From Octopus vulgaris (taxonomy: Eukaryota): DNA of 64,000 nucleotides. Positions 1-12,673 of the stretch are shown piece by piece. Position 1 is the first letter of the stretch, and every line of letters starts with the position of its first letter. The stretch spans positions 69,192,001-69,256,000 of the forward strand of contig OX597821.1 in NCBI GenBank assembly GCA_951406725.2, given 5' to 3'. Below the pieces are notes generated by a model, which was not told the origin of the DNA, ran no database searches, and worked only from the letters and a program-made list of their open reading frames with translations. The translations under genes were made by a program, and so were the position numbers.

Positions 1-227
1 TGCTGAACCATTAAGTTATAAGGACAATAGTTGTCAAGTATGGGGATGGGACACACACACACACACACATATCTTTTTTCAATGTCTATCAGTTCTACTC
101 ACAAGGCTTTGGTCAGCTCAAGGCTATCAGTAAAAGATGCCTGTCCAAAGTGCCACACTGTGGGACTGAACCTGAAACCAAGTGGTTTGGAAGCAAGCTT
201 CTTACCAAGCAGTCATGCCTGCACCTA
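1..227 (-). mobile_element. tRNA-derived SINE family A, partial
   Basis: Homologous to 4012-4386 and 5179-5567; reverse-strand A/B boxes and an internal (CA)n. Confidence 0.8.
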
Positions 228-2339
228 TACTGAAATAGTAGATATAAATTATTGAAGTAGCTCTAACATGAATAGCTTCATTCATGTTAATCACTCAAGT
301 GGTAGCATACACAGAAGTGAAAAGGAAGAGCATTTTTGTATTTTGGGGTATATGTCTTTGTTCAATGGCAGGGTTTGAAATCATACTTATATATATTGCT
401 CAACTCTTTAGTCAGCCAATGACAATGTTCTACTTTACTATCAGTTTTTCTTTATTTCCTTTCATAACCAGTCTTTTTGAGATCACCAGAGTTCATAGGG
501 TTAATGTTTAACCATTTTTGATACCACTCTACCTGAAGCTACCCACGGTTCTATAAGACAAACTGCCTGTTTTGAAGTGGTCTAAATTCAAAACCTCCCA
601 TCGAAATTTCGCAGCTTAATAACGACAAAGTTATTCCTTGTTTTTTTTCAAAATTAGCTGAAACAAAAGAATTTTATTTCTCTAGAATAGCAAAAGGGTT
701 AACTTTGGTTTCTATAGTAACGAATTGATGAATCAGATTTCTCCTTGGGTTGAATGCAGGTCACTCTAGCAAGAAATTGTGGTACTTTTTGTTGACAGCT
801 TAAAATCTCCTGCACAGAAGCACAATAAAATAAATAGCTGTATTGGGTTCAAGATTATAGTTCAGTATCGTATTTAGTTACTCAGCTAGTTTGCTTTTTT
901 TTTTTTTACATCTTAAAGACTGTTAATTTGTTGACAGTGATTGCTGGAGATGTCAGGAGTGAAGCTTGATGTAGCTGGCTCTTATATTTTCTGTACAAGA
1001 AAAGCTTACTGTGTTGTTAATCTGTAACAATCAATTGAGCTATATTTTTTAAAATTCTATAATTAGATTGATAATTACAATCTCAAACTGTAATTGTTAA
1101 AAAATCTACTCAACAATATCTGAAAAAAGGAAGCAGAAAGGTTCTGCCGTATCACTGTAGACATTGAGATATTGTGCTGCAAAGAAAATGCTATTGGCTT
1201 CCCTATGGAGTCTTTGATGTGTTATTTGATACTAAATGGGAAATGTTCCATTCTTATTCTATTTTACTGGGTTTTCTTTTTTTTTTTTAATTAGTACACA
1301 TGCCATACATCACATGCAGTGTTATAATGCGCTTAGTCAAAACAGCTAAATTTTCTAAAGTGTGTTTAAAAGTCATGAGCAGTAATGGTAAAATCTGTTT
1401 AGGTGGTATCTATTTGAAAAGGAAAGGTTATATGTAATCTATAGTGTCTTTACCATGGAAGAAAAGTATTTTTTCTCATTTCATTCTAGCTACAATGAAA
1501 ATGGAAACAAAACTAAAATTTCAATAACGTTTTGTTATGACATTTTCACTCTCTCGTACATTGTAACAAATGAAATAGAATATATAATGAAAGTTGTAAA
1601 CTAGAATTGGATTTACAGTTTTTGAAGAAGTTTCAATGACTGCACTGTTACTAGAGAATTATTTCACTTGTAACAAGCAGTTCATGAACTCCAGGGATTG
1701 GTCATTTACTTACTGCAAAATATATTCTCAGGTTGTCCCTAGAAAATCACAATTTATCTTTTATATGTGTCATTTCGTTTTGGCACATTTTTACTTTGTA
1801 TTCTTCAACTGAGTATGCAGCAGGTTCTAAACTAAGCAAGAAGTATGTGATATCAAACAAATCTATTTGTTTTGTATAAATGCTTGAAATAGTAACGGAG
1901 AGTAAGAAAACTTAAGATTGGTTCAAATATGTTTGATAGATATGTTAATAAATCTGTAAAGGCAAGTTGAAAGAGGTTTGTCAAGGAGAAAAATTTCTTG
2001 CTTAAGACAGAAAGGTGTTAAAATACCATTGTCAGATGTGAATACCTTCTTTTAGACCAATGGAGGCATTTCAAACTTTTTAGTTATCTTCATCCAGATA
2101 CCAAGTGAGGCAACTCTGGAGTAACTTGGGTTTGAATTAAAATTTAAGGCTTCTGAGGTATTTTGAATTTTTAAAATATAAGCAAAGGTAATGTCAAACA
2201 TATTTGAACTGTTCCCCATGTGTATGTGTGATGACTTAAAAATACCGGACAGGAAAAGCTAGTGGTAGTAGTGTACAATTGATAAATTCAAAGAAACCGA
2301 GATTTAATAAAGTACAACCTAAAATAATCAAAATCTGCC

Positions 2340-2358
2340 ATGAAATTGAAGTATGTAG
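2340..2358 (+). CDS. Candidate alternative first coding exon of Abl (MKLKYV + E)
   Basis: GCC-ATG AAA TTG AAG TAT GTA G|GTGAGT: good Kozak context, in-frame TAA upstream (2325-2327), strong donor, phase 1 compatible with exon 50273. Confidence 0.3.
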
Positions 2359-2799
2359 GTGAGTAGGGTAGTAGGATTGAGGGAATCATTAGATTGTTAA
2401 AAAAAAACAAAACCTTGTTGCATTTAGTTAAGGCATTTTGTATTCTGAATTTAAACTCTCTGAGATCAACTTTGCCCTTCATCATTCTCAGGCTGATAAA
2501 AATAAAGATCCATTTAAGTACTGGTATCAATTTAATCAACCATACCTCAAAATTTGTGGCCTTGAAGCAATGTCAGAAGCCAATATCAGTAATGTAGTAG
2601 AATTTGAGTATAATCTATATTGTTACTTAAATTTTTAGTGTCTCAATACAAGCCACACAATGACCATGTGGCTCATTGGTTCTTATATGTTCATTTCAGA
2701 TTATTCAAATTGAAACTAGTATGGGGCCTCTGCCCAAGAAACTTTTACACTAGGAAAGATCTGTAGATATATTGTGAAATAACCATTGTGAAAAGTGCC

Positions 2800-3115
2800 T
2801 ATGCATGGCCATGTAAAAGCACCCTTGTAGAACCAAGTAAAAGCACATATGCCATGTAAAAACACCCTTGCAGTGTCACATAAAAGCATCTAGCACACTC
2901 TATAAAGTGGTTGGCATTAGGAAGGGCATCCAGCTGTAGAAACCATGCCAAATCAGATGGAGATTGGTGCAACTTTTCAGCTTGCCAGCTCTTGTCAAAC
3001 CATTCAATCTTTGCCAGCATGGCCAACAGATGTTAAATGGTGATGATCTTTTACTTGTTTCAGTCATTAGACAGCATGGGCAATGGACCTTAAATGAAGA
3101 TGATGATGATGATGT
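2800..3115 (+). mobile_element. Family C retroposon, older copy
   Basis: Repeated TAAAAGCAC units, then GTGGTTGGCATTAGGAAGGGCATCCAGCTGTAGAAAC and a duplicated (GAT)n tail. Confidence 0.8.
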
Positions 3116-3659
3116 CAACAATGTTTAAATTTTCAGTTGTTTTGATCAGTAGTTCAATTTCCTAACAGCAAGTTCAACAGTTTATTGGACTCCTCCTGTT
3201 CTAATTTTTTTTATTTAGAGAATGTTAATATTTTTAAAATTCTCTTTAAGAATTTCAATTTATTGGACAAAGCACTACTATATTTTGTCAAATCTTTCCT
3301 GCCTTTTAAGAACCAGATACATTGTGTAAGATACCTAATGATAATTTATTGACTTTGACTGAATTAACTACCTGAATCAAAGGTCAAACAAACCTTCATG
3401 CAGTTAAACCAATGAGGAAAGCCTCTACATGGTTAAGCCATTGAGGAAACCTCTATGCAGTTATTAGATTTATGAGAAATAGCAATCAGATCTCTTTCAA
3501 ATCATACCCACTGTCTTTTTTTTTAAAAAAAGGGTCACATTAAAGATTAAACTGAGCTTGGAAGAAAGATGGGATGGTGTGACTGGGATGTCTGATTGTG
3601 AATCTGATTGATCAGATTTGAGCTGGAGTTTAATAATGTTGACATTAACTAACTAAACT

Positions 3660-3955
3660 GGCATTCCATCAGTTTGGTTGATCTGACTTGTGGAACAGCC
3701 TGCTTGTGAAATTAACATGTAAGTGACTGGGCACTCTGCAAACATGCGTACCCTTAATGTACTTCTCAGGGAGATTCTGCACGACACAGAAGTGACATAG
3801 CTGGCCCTGTGAAACACAGGTGCAACTCATTTTTGCCAGCTGAGTGTACTCGAGCAATGTGAAATAAAGTGTCTTACTCAACAACACAATGCACAGCCAG
3901 GAATTGAACTCATGACCGTACAGTCATGAGCCAAATACCCAAACCACTATGGCAC
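3660..3955 (-). mobile_element. tRNA-derived SINE family D
   Basis: Reverse-strand A/B boxes, then core TTGAGCAAGACACTTTATTTCACATTGCTCCAGTCCACTCAGCTGGCAAAAATGAGT (family consensus); collinear with 40479-40790 and 56740-57038. Confidence 0.85.
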
Positions 3956-4011
3956 AATGACATAGGGGATATTTATTAAATAATCATGTATACTCATCCA
4001 TACAAATAGAC

Positions 4012-4386
4012 CTCTCTTTTACTCTTTACTCTTTTACTTGCTTCAGTGATTTGACTGCGGCCATGCTGGAGCACCGCCTTTAGTCGAGCAAATCGACCCT
4101 GGGACTTATTCTTTGTAAGCCCAGTACTTATTCTATCGGTCTCTTTTGCCGAACCGCTAAGTGACGGGGACGTAAACACACCAGCATCGGTTGTCAAGCA
4201 ATGCTAGAGGGACAAACACAGACGCACAAACACACACACACATACATTTATATATATATATATATACATATATACGACAGGCTTCTTTCAGTTTCCGTCT
4301 ACCAAATCCACTCACAAGGCATTGGTCGGCCCGGGGCTATAGCAGAAGACACTTGCCCAAGATGCCACGCAGTGGGACTGAACCCG
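4012..4386 (-). mobile_element. tRNA-derived SINE family A, young, 5'-truncated at the B box
   Basis: CpG-rich; highly similar to 5179-5567, 33131-33543 and 56257-56670; internal (CA)n(TA)n; (GAGTAAA)n-type tail. Confidence 0.9.
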
Positions 4387-5178
4387 TATGAATTATATTA
4401 AAACAAATGAAGAATACATTTTATGTAAACTAGCTTAATGTTTTGAAAGATTGTAACAGCCTGTATTTGCTGTGAAATGGGAATATATTTACTGTCACTG
4501 CATTTAGGAATGAAACCATATGGTCACAATTTTTGAAGACAGTAGACTGCTTATTGAGCAAGATTTAGCCACTACATTTGAGCAAATGAACCACTGTTGA
4601 AGCTCCATTCCCCAACTGACTTGAACTCCCTTACTGGTTCATGCAAACCTGTTGATGTGTAAAGCAGAGCTGTAAACTGCATACATGCCTGGAGAAAAGC
4701 TGATAAGGATAGGTTACAAAAAATGCGCTTACTAATGAAGAGCAGTTGTAGGAAGAAGTGATGGTATGAATGAACAAGATTGAAGTACTTAATGAATGGA
4801 CAGCTTAGAAATAGTACGTTTCTACTGGTTGTGGGCAAAGCTTTGAAGGAAAGAATAATTGAGGCATTGTTGCAACTTACACAAATTCAGCTTGTTTCTT
4901 TGCCAAAACATTCTCAAGGATATTTTTATTTATCTATTTAACCAGTTATTTATCTATTTATTTATTTCCTTTGCTTGTAAACAACGTAAACACATTTTCA
5001 AGACACAATTTAAGTTTTTTTAAAGATAAGAGTATTATCACAGACCTAGTAACCTGATAAATATTTTTGTAGTTTTCTCAGTTGTAGTAAACATATTTTC
5101 TAAGGAGGCAACATCACCTGGAAGTTTATTTAGTAATTAAAAAATAAAAATTATTTCATTCATTTATTTCAGTAATTA

Positions 5179-5567
5179 CTCTTTTACTTGTTTCAGTCAT
5201 TTGACTGTGGCCATGCTGGAGCACTGCCTTTAGTCGAGCAAATCGACCCCAGGACTTATTCTTTGTAAGCCTAGTGCTTAGTCTATCGGTCTCTTTTGCC
5301 GAATCGCTAAGTTATGGGGACGCAAACGCACCAGCATCAGTTGTCAAGCGATGCTGGGGGGGGGGGACAAACATGGACACACAAACATATACATAAACAC
5401 ACACACACATATATATGATGGGCTTCTTTCAATTTCCGTCTACCAAGTCCACTCACAAGGCTTTGGTCGGCAGAAGACACTTGCCCAAGGTTTCACGCAG
5501 TGAGACTGAACCCGGAACCATGTGGTTGGTAAGCAAGCTACTTACCACACAGCCACTCCTATGCCTA
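5179..5567 (-). mobile_element. tRNA-derived SINE family A
   Basis: Reverse strand has GTGGCTGTGTGGTAAG (A box), GGTTCAGTC (B box) and a CCTTGGGCAAGTGTCTT core. Confidence 0.9.
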
Positions 5568-6076
5568 GAAAAAAAAAAATTATTTTGTTATGTAATTTAC
5601 TTGGCTCTTGTTGATGGAGTAGGTTTATGATCAAAAGTTTTCCTGCGGTGATTGTTCTGCTTTTTTTTTTTTTTTGCAAACCAGACTGTGTCATTGAAAC
5701 CTCTTATATCTGACTCGAATATTCTACCTGTTTTATGTTCAAACTGACCAATCTGGCCCCTCACACTTACTTTACAATGTCATCCTAAAAATAAACTTCA
5801 TTGAAATCTCTTGGGTACGGGAGTGAGCATTACATATGTCTGAGTAATCTGAATACTAAAGGTTTAAGGCAGTACTGTGCACTGAGGGAGCTTTGGCTAC
5901 TATTTTAAGTAGATCATATGACTGCATGGATGCTTTCTTATTGACCTTATATTTATTTTTATATCTATTGTTGTTGTTGTTTGCCTGCCTGCACATAAAT
6001 ATGGCACTTTAACAATCTGTACATGTTAGCATCATGCAGAGAACATTAAAAACTCAATTAGAAGGAAAAAAAATTG

Positions 6077-6493
6077 GTTGTGCTGTTAAGGAGTTTGCTT
6101 CCCAGGCCACATGGTTTTGGATTCAATCCAACTGTGTGATACCTTGGTTATCCTATGATAACCTCAGGTTGACAAAAAGCCTTATGAGAAGATTTGGTAG
6201 ACAGGAAGTGAAAAAAAGTCCATTATGTGTGTGTGAGAGGGGGAGGGGTGTAGGATGTGAATGTTTGTATCTTTTTGTTTTGACATTGCAGGACTGTTGT
6301 AAATGAATGTTATTCATTTTCAATACTCTGTGAAAACATGTCAGATCTTGGGGGAAATATTATCTTGGTTGGAGACAAATAAGGGTTGGCTACAGGAAAG
6401 TGTCCAGCCATAGAAAATTTGCCTCAGTAAAGTCCATCTGTCTCCATGCTTGCATGGTAAAATGGATGTTAAAATGATGATGATGAATGATGA
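6077..6493 (+). mobile_element. SINE family B (family A head, different tail ending in (GAT)n)
   Basis: Tail GGGGAAATATTA..GAAAATCTGCCTCA..CCCATGC..GCATGG..GTTAAA(ATG)n shared with 32225-32655 and 54714-55060. Confidence 0.8.
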
Positions 6494-7630
6494 AAATAAA
6501 ATTATTTAGTTGAGAACTTACGTTAGTATCATTTTCATGACAAGTACAAGTGACAACACTGTACATGTTTCTGTCTTATGATGATCCACTCAGAGAAGCA
6601 TCATTTTCACTGTACTTGCCAAAGATCTAATGAATCAATCACTAAGTGTACAAGATAGTACTTGCTAAACATCTTAACAAGTACTTTTACAGCTCAATCC
6701 ATTTACATATTTTCCGATAGCATAAAGCAAATAATGGCCCAGGATACCATTTATTATTTATGCTTCAATTCACTCCTTTATCTTAGAAATGATCAGTCTT
6801 GCTTTCTAACTGTTTTAGTACCATCTTCCCTGAGACTACCCTTAGTTCTGTAGTACAAAACCTCCTATTTTAAAGTGTTTGTGTTTAAATTAAAACTTCC
6901 CATCATGATTTGTGTAAGAACATTTTTGTTGAGTTCCAAACACCAGCTTAATGAAAATGTTTGTTTTAGTGAATCCTTCCAAATTCTTGATTATTTTCCA
7001 CGTAGGTATAGTGTATTTCATTAGAATATGGTTGTAAAATGGGTAGTTGGCCAACCTGTAGAACTAATGTATTTTTTCTCTGATAAACTCCATATGGGTC
7101 CTATTTTGTTGTTTATTAGAAATTCACTTGGCTGTTGTGCAATTATGTTGCTAGTCTGCTAACCACATTGTTGAGATTTAATGTGTTGTGGGCTTGAGCA
7201 AAGCATATAGCTACTCTATCTTTCCCCTACTATTCCATTTGTATTTCACAGCTGAGTGGTTTATTGAAGGAATGTATCATTCAGCTGTAAAAGGAAATGC
7301 ATTAATAAAAACCCATCTCACCCATAAATATAAAATGGGGGGGAAAAAAAATGTTGGAAATATAAAAATTTGGATAGAGATGAAACAGAATTTAAAAAAT
7401 TTTTATTTAGCATGAATTTTGGTGTTAGGAAAATTCTAGTTCAAGCAGGTTTCCAAAGTCCACTTTTATGTAATTTTCCACTTTCAGATAATTGAAAATT
7501 TTCTTCCTTTCGTTCCTTTCAAATTTTGCCTTTGGTTTGTATATTTCCTCTTAAAGAAGGAAAACTATTTTAAATTTTGGTTGAACTGAGAATTGACTGC
7601 ATTTTAGTGCAGTTAAACGAATGAAACGAA

Positions 7631-7720
7631 ATTTATCCTAAAGACATACAATTCATAATTTATCCTAAAGAGATTTATCCAAAAGATATTTGTCCTCAAG
7701 ACATTTATCCTAAAGACATA
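7631..7720. repeat. Short tandem repeat, unit about 15 bp (ATTTATCCTAAAGAC), about 5 copies
   Basis: Seen directly; one interruption. Confidence 0.8.
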
Positions 7721-8689
7721 TAGTTCATAGTTTTAGAAAATTTCTTACATTATTTGCATAAAATCTGTACAACCGAACTAGAAATTTTAGTTCTTCATAA
7801 CAGTCTTTTGATGCAGAGTTGCTTAGAAATGGATAATTTTTTTAGATGTTATAAATTATGGTTGGTTGCTCCCTATTTTCATAGTGCAAAGAAAATACTA
7901 CAACAGTGAAATTATTCCTTTCTGGAATTGGATGGCTGGTTTTATTTATCTAATTTTTTGTGTGTGTGTGTGTTTCGGAGTAGACATGTAAAAATGAATT
8001 TATGATAAAGCTGTAGTTTGATGTCTTTCTTGTCTTTTAAGAAGAAAATACAGGCATATTTCCATGAGGCTGGGGAATTGTGTTAGTATGAATGGAAGGA
8101 TAAAAGGTCTGTGAGCGGTATGATAAGATAGGATTTTGGAGCAGCATAAATTTTATTCTAGCCATTTGTTGTGCATTTTGTTGTACATCTAGAATCTCAG
8201 GACATTGGTTTGTAATTATTTCACAAGTAATGTGCCTTGAAACCAGTGGAAGCTGGAGCATCTTGCTACAGAAATGGAGTGTTCAGTGTTCACCAGTAAA
8301 ATGTTGATAAAACAGTAAACTGAAATGCAGTTGCTAAGTGATCTGAAGGGAGTATTTCTTAGGAGGAAAGGGAGGTTTTTATATTTTTTCGAATGACCTT
8401 CAGCTATAGTTATCTTGTAGTTTGATACTATATTTCATGAGAAACACAGTTTGGGTTTTGGACCTATATAGATAAACATGTGTTTTGTCTTTGGAATATT
8501 TACTGTTTGGGTAAAAAAAACTGAACAAAACCAGTGGTCCTATTTTAAGGTTACATATAGTTTCTCAAGGATTGTAGGTTAAAATGCCCAGTATGCACAT
8601 GAATGATTGTTACTATTTTTAAATCTCACATTGTGAGATATTCAGCAACGGTACTATGTAGTAAAGATTGTTTGCCAACATAATATAGT

Positions 8690-8920
8690 AGTCCTGGTTT
8701 AGGATGAATGTTGCTGTAATTTAGCCCCAGGAGACATCGTCTCCAGCTGGCTATACGACACGATCTGTGTCCTTATATTTTCGAACAAGGGAATCTAGCA
8801 CCCCCACTCCGCTCAAAGCAATATCTGTGTATCACGATTTCTGGGTTATTTCCCTTCATCAGCACAGAATAATTGTTTGACTAGAGATGGCGCTGCCAAA
8901 TTCCCATTCGAAATATATAG
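8690..8920 (-). mobile_element. Short CpG-retaining element carrying the hammerhead (Penelope pLTR-like or retrozyme)
   Basis: About 230 bp with more GC and CpG than its flanks, centred on the hammerhead motif; boundaries approximate. Confidence 0.45.
8824..8868 (-). ncRNA. Minimal type-I hammerhead ribozyme motif (Penelope/retrozyme-like)
   Basis: Minus strand reads TCTGTG-CTGATGA-A-GGG-AAATAA-CCC-A-GAAAT-CGTG-ATA-CACAGA: 6-bp stem I, intact core boxes, short stem II, 2-bp stem III with near-palindromic loop, AUA cleavage triplet. Confidence 0.7.
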
Positions 8921-9969
8921 TTTTCCAAGTGACAACTAGTCACTGATCTATGAATTAGAAAATTACTTAGAAAATGATTGTGTTAATATTTTACATAAAC
9001 AGAGCATCATTTATGTAAACAAAATGGTTCTTTCTTCATTCACTGACTCACACATGTGTGCACATATGCACACACATTGCAAAAACCGGTGAGCAATGAA
9101 AACTCCAGCTGTGTGTAAAAGTTTGTACTAGTTGTTTATGCCATGTGTATGGTATCAAAAGCAATGTGAGGATCAGCAGTGAGTAATTCAACATTTGCAA
9201 GAGCACCGTCACAAATCTCTATGTTTTTCATTCTGGTAAAGTGAATTCAAAGTCTCTGTGGTGATGACAATGATGATGACTAAAACTTTTCTCAGGAAAC
9301 AGCAGGGGCCATAACCCACCCGGAATAGCACCAGGAATTTTGCCTTGATGGAAAGAAGTAAACAGGAAGTCAGTGGGGTTTGAAATTGTCTCTTCATATT
9401 TCTGATTTCAAACTGTGCGGAATGGGATTTTGACTTGTGTTTTTGCTAGAGAGTTGATCAAAATAACTACCAATCAATTACAGAGGTTGATTTGAATGAC
9501 TGTCTCTAAGAAATCAGTATTTTAGAACTGGTGAGAAAACAATAGGTGTACTTGAGGTGTTCATACATGCAAGACAGAACCGTTACTTATGTTTACGGCT
9601 ATATCCAGCACACAATAATAACATGAAATTCAGTTGTTTGAAAATGAACCAATTTCTCTTGGAACTAGCAATAACAGACCTGTGGAATGAAAGGGGTGTC
9701 ATACTATGTAGCAAAAAGGAAATAAGATCTGAATACAGGTAACATGACCCTATGTTATTAAGATTTATTGAAAAGTACTTGCAGAAATCTACCACCGACT
9801 GAGGCCTTATAGTATTCAGTAATAAATCTTATTATTTTTAGTAGAAAATAGTAGAATTTTCATAGAAATGTAACATGAAGTTGGCTCTCCTGGATATGAA
9901 CTATTTCTGAGTGTAACCAATGAGTATGTCTCTACATAGATACTCAAGTGGTTGTTACTTCTAGAAATA

Positions 9970-10233
9970 ATAAAATAAAATAAATACGCCCTTTTTAAAG
10001 CCTAGCCAGACTCATGGGTCCAGTTTCCCGGTTTCTATGGCGTATTTGTTCCCCAGGTGGATGGGATGCCAGTCCATAGCAGCGTTACTCATTTTTGCCA
10101 GCTGAGTGGACTGGAGCAATGTGAAATGAAGTGTTTTGCTCAAGAACACAACGCGTCGCCCGGTCCAGGAATCGAAACCACAATCTTACGATCATGATGC
10201 TGATACCCTAACCACTAAGCTACGTGCCTCCAC
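9970..10233 (-). mobile_element. Young SINE with family D head/core and a different tail
   Basis: 10-bp TSD TCTAGAAATA (9960-9969 and 10234-10243); A box TAGCTTAGTGGTTAG, B box GGTTTCGATTCC; inserted in a family I repeat. Confidence 0.88.
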
Positions 10234-10459
10234 TCTAGAAATAGTAGCCAAGTCTTTTCTCAAATAATATCTTCTATTTCAAGAAAATGAAAAGCACATC
10301 AGATAAAGTAGTTGTACATATTTCTGAAAAATAGAGCCTGGATGGTTTACGAGTAGAACTTATTTTGATTTTTATAGATCTGTTCAATCTGAGTTGGCTT
10401 GAAGCTAAATAGTAATTTGTTGCAAGGTGTTTTTTTCCCCCAAAGTATTCAATAAACAT

Positions 10460-11277
10460 AATAATTGTTTCTGCTTTAGGCACAAGGTCAGCATTTTTGA
10501 GGGGAGTGAGTTTGTCAGTAACATTGATCTACTTATACTTAATTGGTACTTTATTTAATTGATCCTGATAGGATCAAAGATAAATTTGACCTCAGCAGGA
10601 TTTGTTAAGAGCCAGAAGAAATGCCGCTAAGCATTTTGTCTGGTATGGCAATGATTCTGTCAGTTTGCCACATTTAATAGTAACATTACCAACAATATTG
10701 GTTTCAAATTTTGGCACAAGGCTAACAATTTCAGGGGAGTGGGTAAGTTGATTCCTCCCACCCATCTGGTAATTATTTTATTGACCTTGAACAGATGAAA
10801 GGTAAAGTTGACCCTGGTGACATTTAAACTCAGATGAAATGCTGCTAAGCATTTTATCTGCCGTATTAAAAAAGTCTGCTAGCTCACTGCCTTTACAGTA
10901 GTAGAAGTAGTAGTAATAATATTAATAATTCTTTGAACTATAGGCACAAGACCTGAAATTTTTTGGTGGGCGTGGGGTTTAGCTAATTTCATTGACTCCA
11001 GTGCTAAACTGGTACTTATTCAACCCTGAAAAGATGAATGGCCATGTTGACCAATAATAATAATAATAATCCTTTCTACTATAGGCACAAGGCCTGAAAT
11101 TTGGGGAGAGGGATGATCGATTGCTTCAACCTCAGTATTCAACTGGTACTTAATTTATTGATTCCAAAAGGATGAAAGGTAAAGTTGACCTCGGCGCAAT
11201 TTGAACTCAGAACTTAGCGATGAGTGAAATACCACTAAGCATTTCGTCCAGCATGCTAACGATTCTGCCAGTTCACA
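10460..11277 (-). mobile_element. Four head-to-tail copies of tRNA-derived SINE family E
   Basis: GGCACAAGG..TGGTACTT..GATGAAAGG..GTTGACC recurs at about 10480, 10713, 10944 and 11083, separated by (AAT)n. Confidence 0.85.
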
Positions 11278-12349
11278 ATAATAATAATAATAATAATTAT
11301 AATCATAATAATAATAATAATCATAATGATAATAATAATAATAATAATAGATATATTTTCTTGAAAATTCAGTAACTACCAATCTTGAAGCTGTCAAGAC
11401 GTTTTGGATGATGCTTGCATTTTGATATTGTTTTTTCACTTGTCAAATCTACGTCATTGACTTGAGAAACTTTTCATTCTATTCCTCAGTACTTCTCCCT
11501 TGTGATACAACAAATGTACTTCTTCCTGGTGTGTCTCATTAAGGTGTTTATTCTGTGACTAAGTCATGAGAGGCTTTAACCTCTTCACTTTTTATTTTTA
11601 TTATTTTTATTTTTGTGTATATACTTCAACTCTTCTGTCATGTAGTACATATAACAAAATTCATAACCTTACATATAATTCATATCAGCTACCTTATTCC
11701 TACTCAAGTTTTTATAAGGTAGTGGCTGTTGTTGTTTTATACCAGGTCAACTCTAATTGGGTAGACCTTTGTTCAAAAGGTATTTCAACCTTGAACATCC
11801 TGTTTACTTGCATAGCCATGAATACATTGTCCAATCGGATTGGTATATGACTTAAAAGAATTTTATTTGCTATTTCTGGCAGGTTGAGTAAATGTTCAGA
11901 GGCTTCCCCATTGGCTGCTGTTGGTAGGAAGATCATCTGACCCAGTTATGCTCATTAGAAATCTCAACAACAGAATGACTTAGCTTTTGTGTTGGTGACG
12001 ATCTCCAGCTCTAAGATTTCTTACATAACTTGTTGCATAATAAATAGACTGGGGGTGGGGCATTGTTATTCAGTGTCCTCTTCACGCCACAACACAGTAC
12101 ACAGTGTTGTATATAAACTCATGACTCTTCAATCACTTCATCATCATTATGTATCGTATTGATGACACGACAATGAAAATCTTCTCAGTTAAGTGCGAGT
12201 TCCCCATCTCCCTTGCCACTCTTGTCCAACCAACTCTTGATCTTGTCTGTCCATTGCGTTCTTTGCTTGCCTCTTGATCTTCTACCCTCTATGTTTCTTT
12301 TGATGGTTATGTTTTCCAGACTTCTGCTTCTTCAGATATGGCCATAATA

Positions 12350-12481
12350 CAGTTCTATATTTAAGAGATGAGGAATTATGTACATTATTTACTCTACGCC
12401 ATATGCTCACAGGCATATGTTGTAGTGGTTAAGAGTGCAGGCTACTAACCCCAAGATTCCAAGTTCGATTCCAAGCAGTGA

Positions 12482-12535
<54 letters not shown>

Positions 12536-12673
12536 TATCAAAAAATACCTTAGGAATGAGAACCAAGGTTCGAAATTTCCCCAAGACACCTGATGACGGC
12601 TGGAGGGTATATCAGCTGAAACGTTGTGTTAACAACAAACAAGATGAGGACAAATATCCATCAAATGTAAATA
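12350..12673 (+). mobile_element. 324-bp composite retroposon: inverted deleted copy + tRNA-derived head + (AAT)n + hammerhead tail
   Basis: Flanked by exact 12-bp TSD ATGGCCATAATA (12338-12349 and 12674-12685). A-box-like TGTAGTGGTTAAG and B-box-like AGTTCGATTCC lie in 12420-12472. It interrupts an RTE reading frame. Confidence 0.85.
12585..12630 (+). ncRNA. Minimal type-I hammerhead ribozyme motif (dimer-dependent form)
   Basis: GACAC-CTGATGA-C-GGCTGG-AGGGTATA-TCAGCT-GAAAC-GTT-GTGTT: stem I GACAC/GTGTT, stem II GGCTGG/TCAGCT, loopless palindromic stem III (AACGTT), GUU cleavage triplet. Confidence 0.7.

Noticed and set aside
12409-12485. tRNA gene
   Set aside because: Has A/B boxes but no closing acceptor stem. 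It is a retroposon head, like the other SINE heads in the window.
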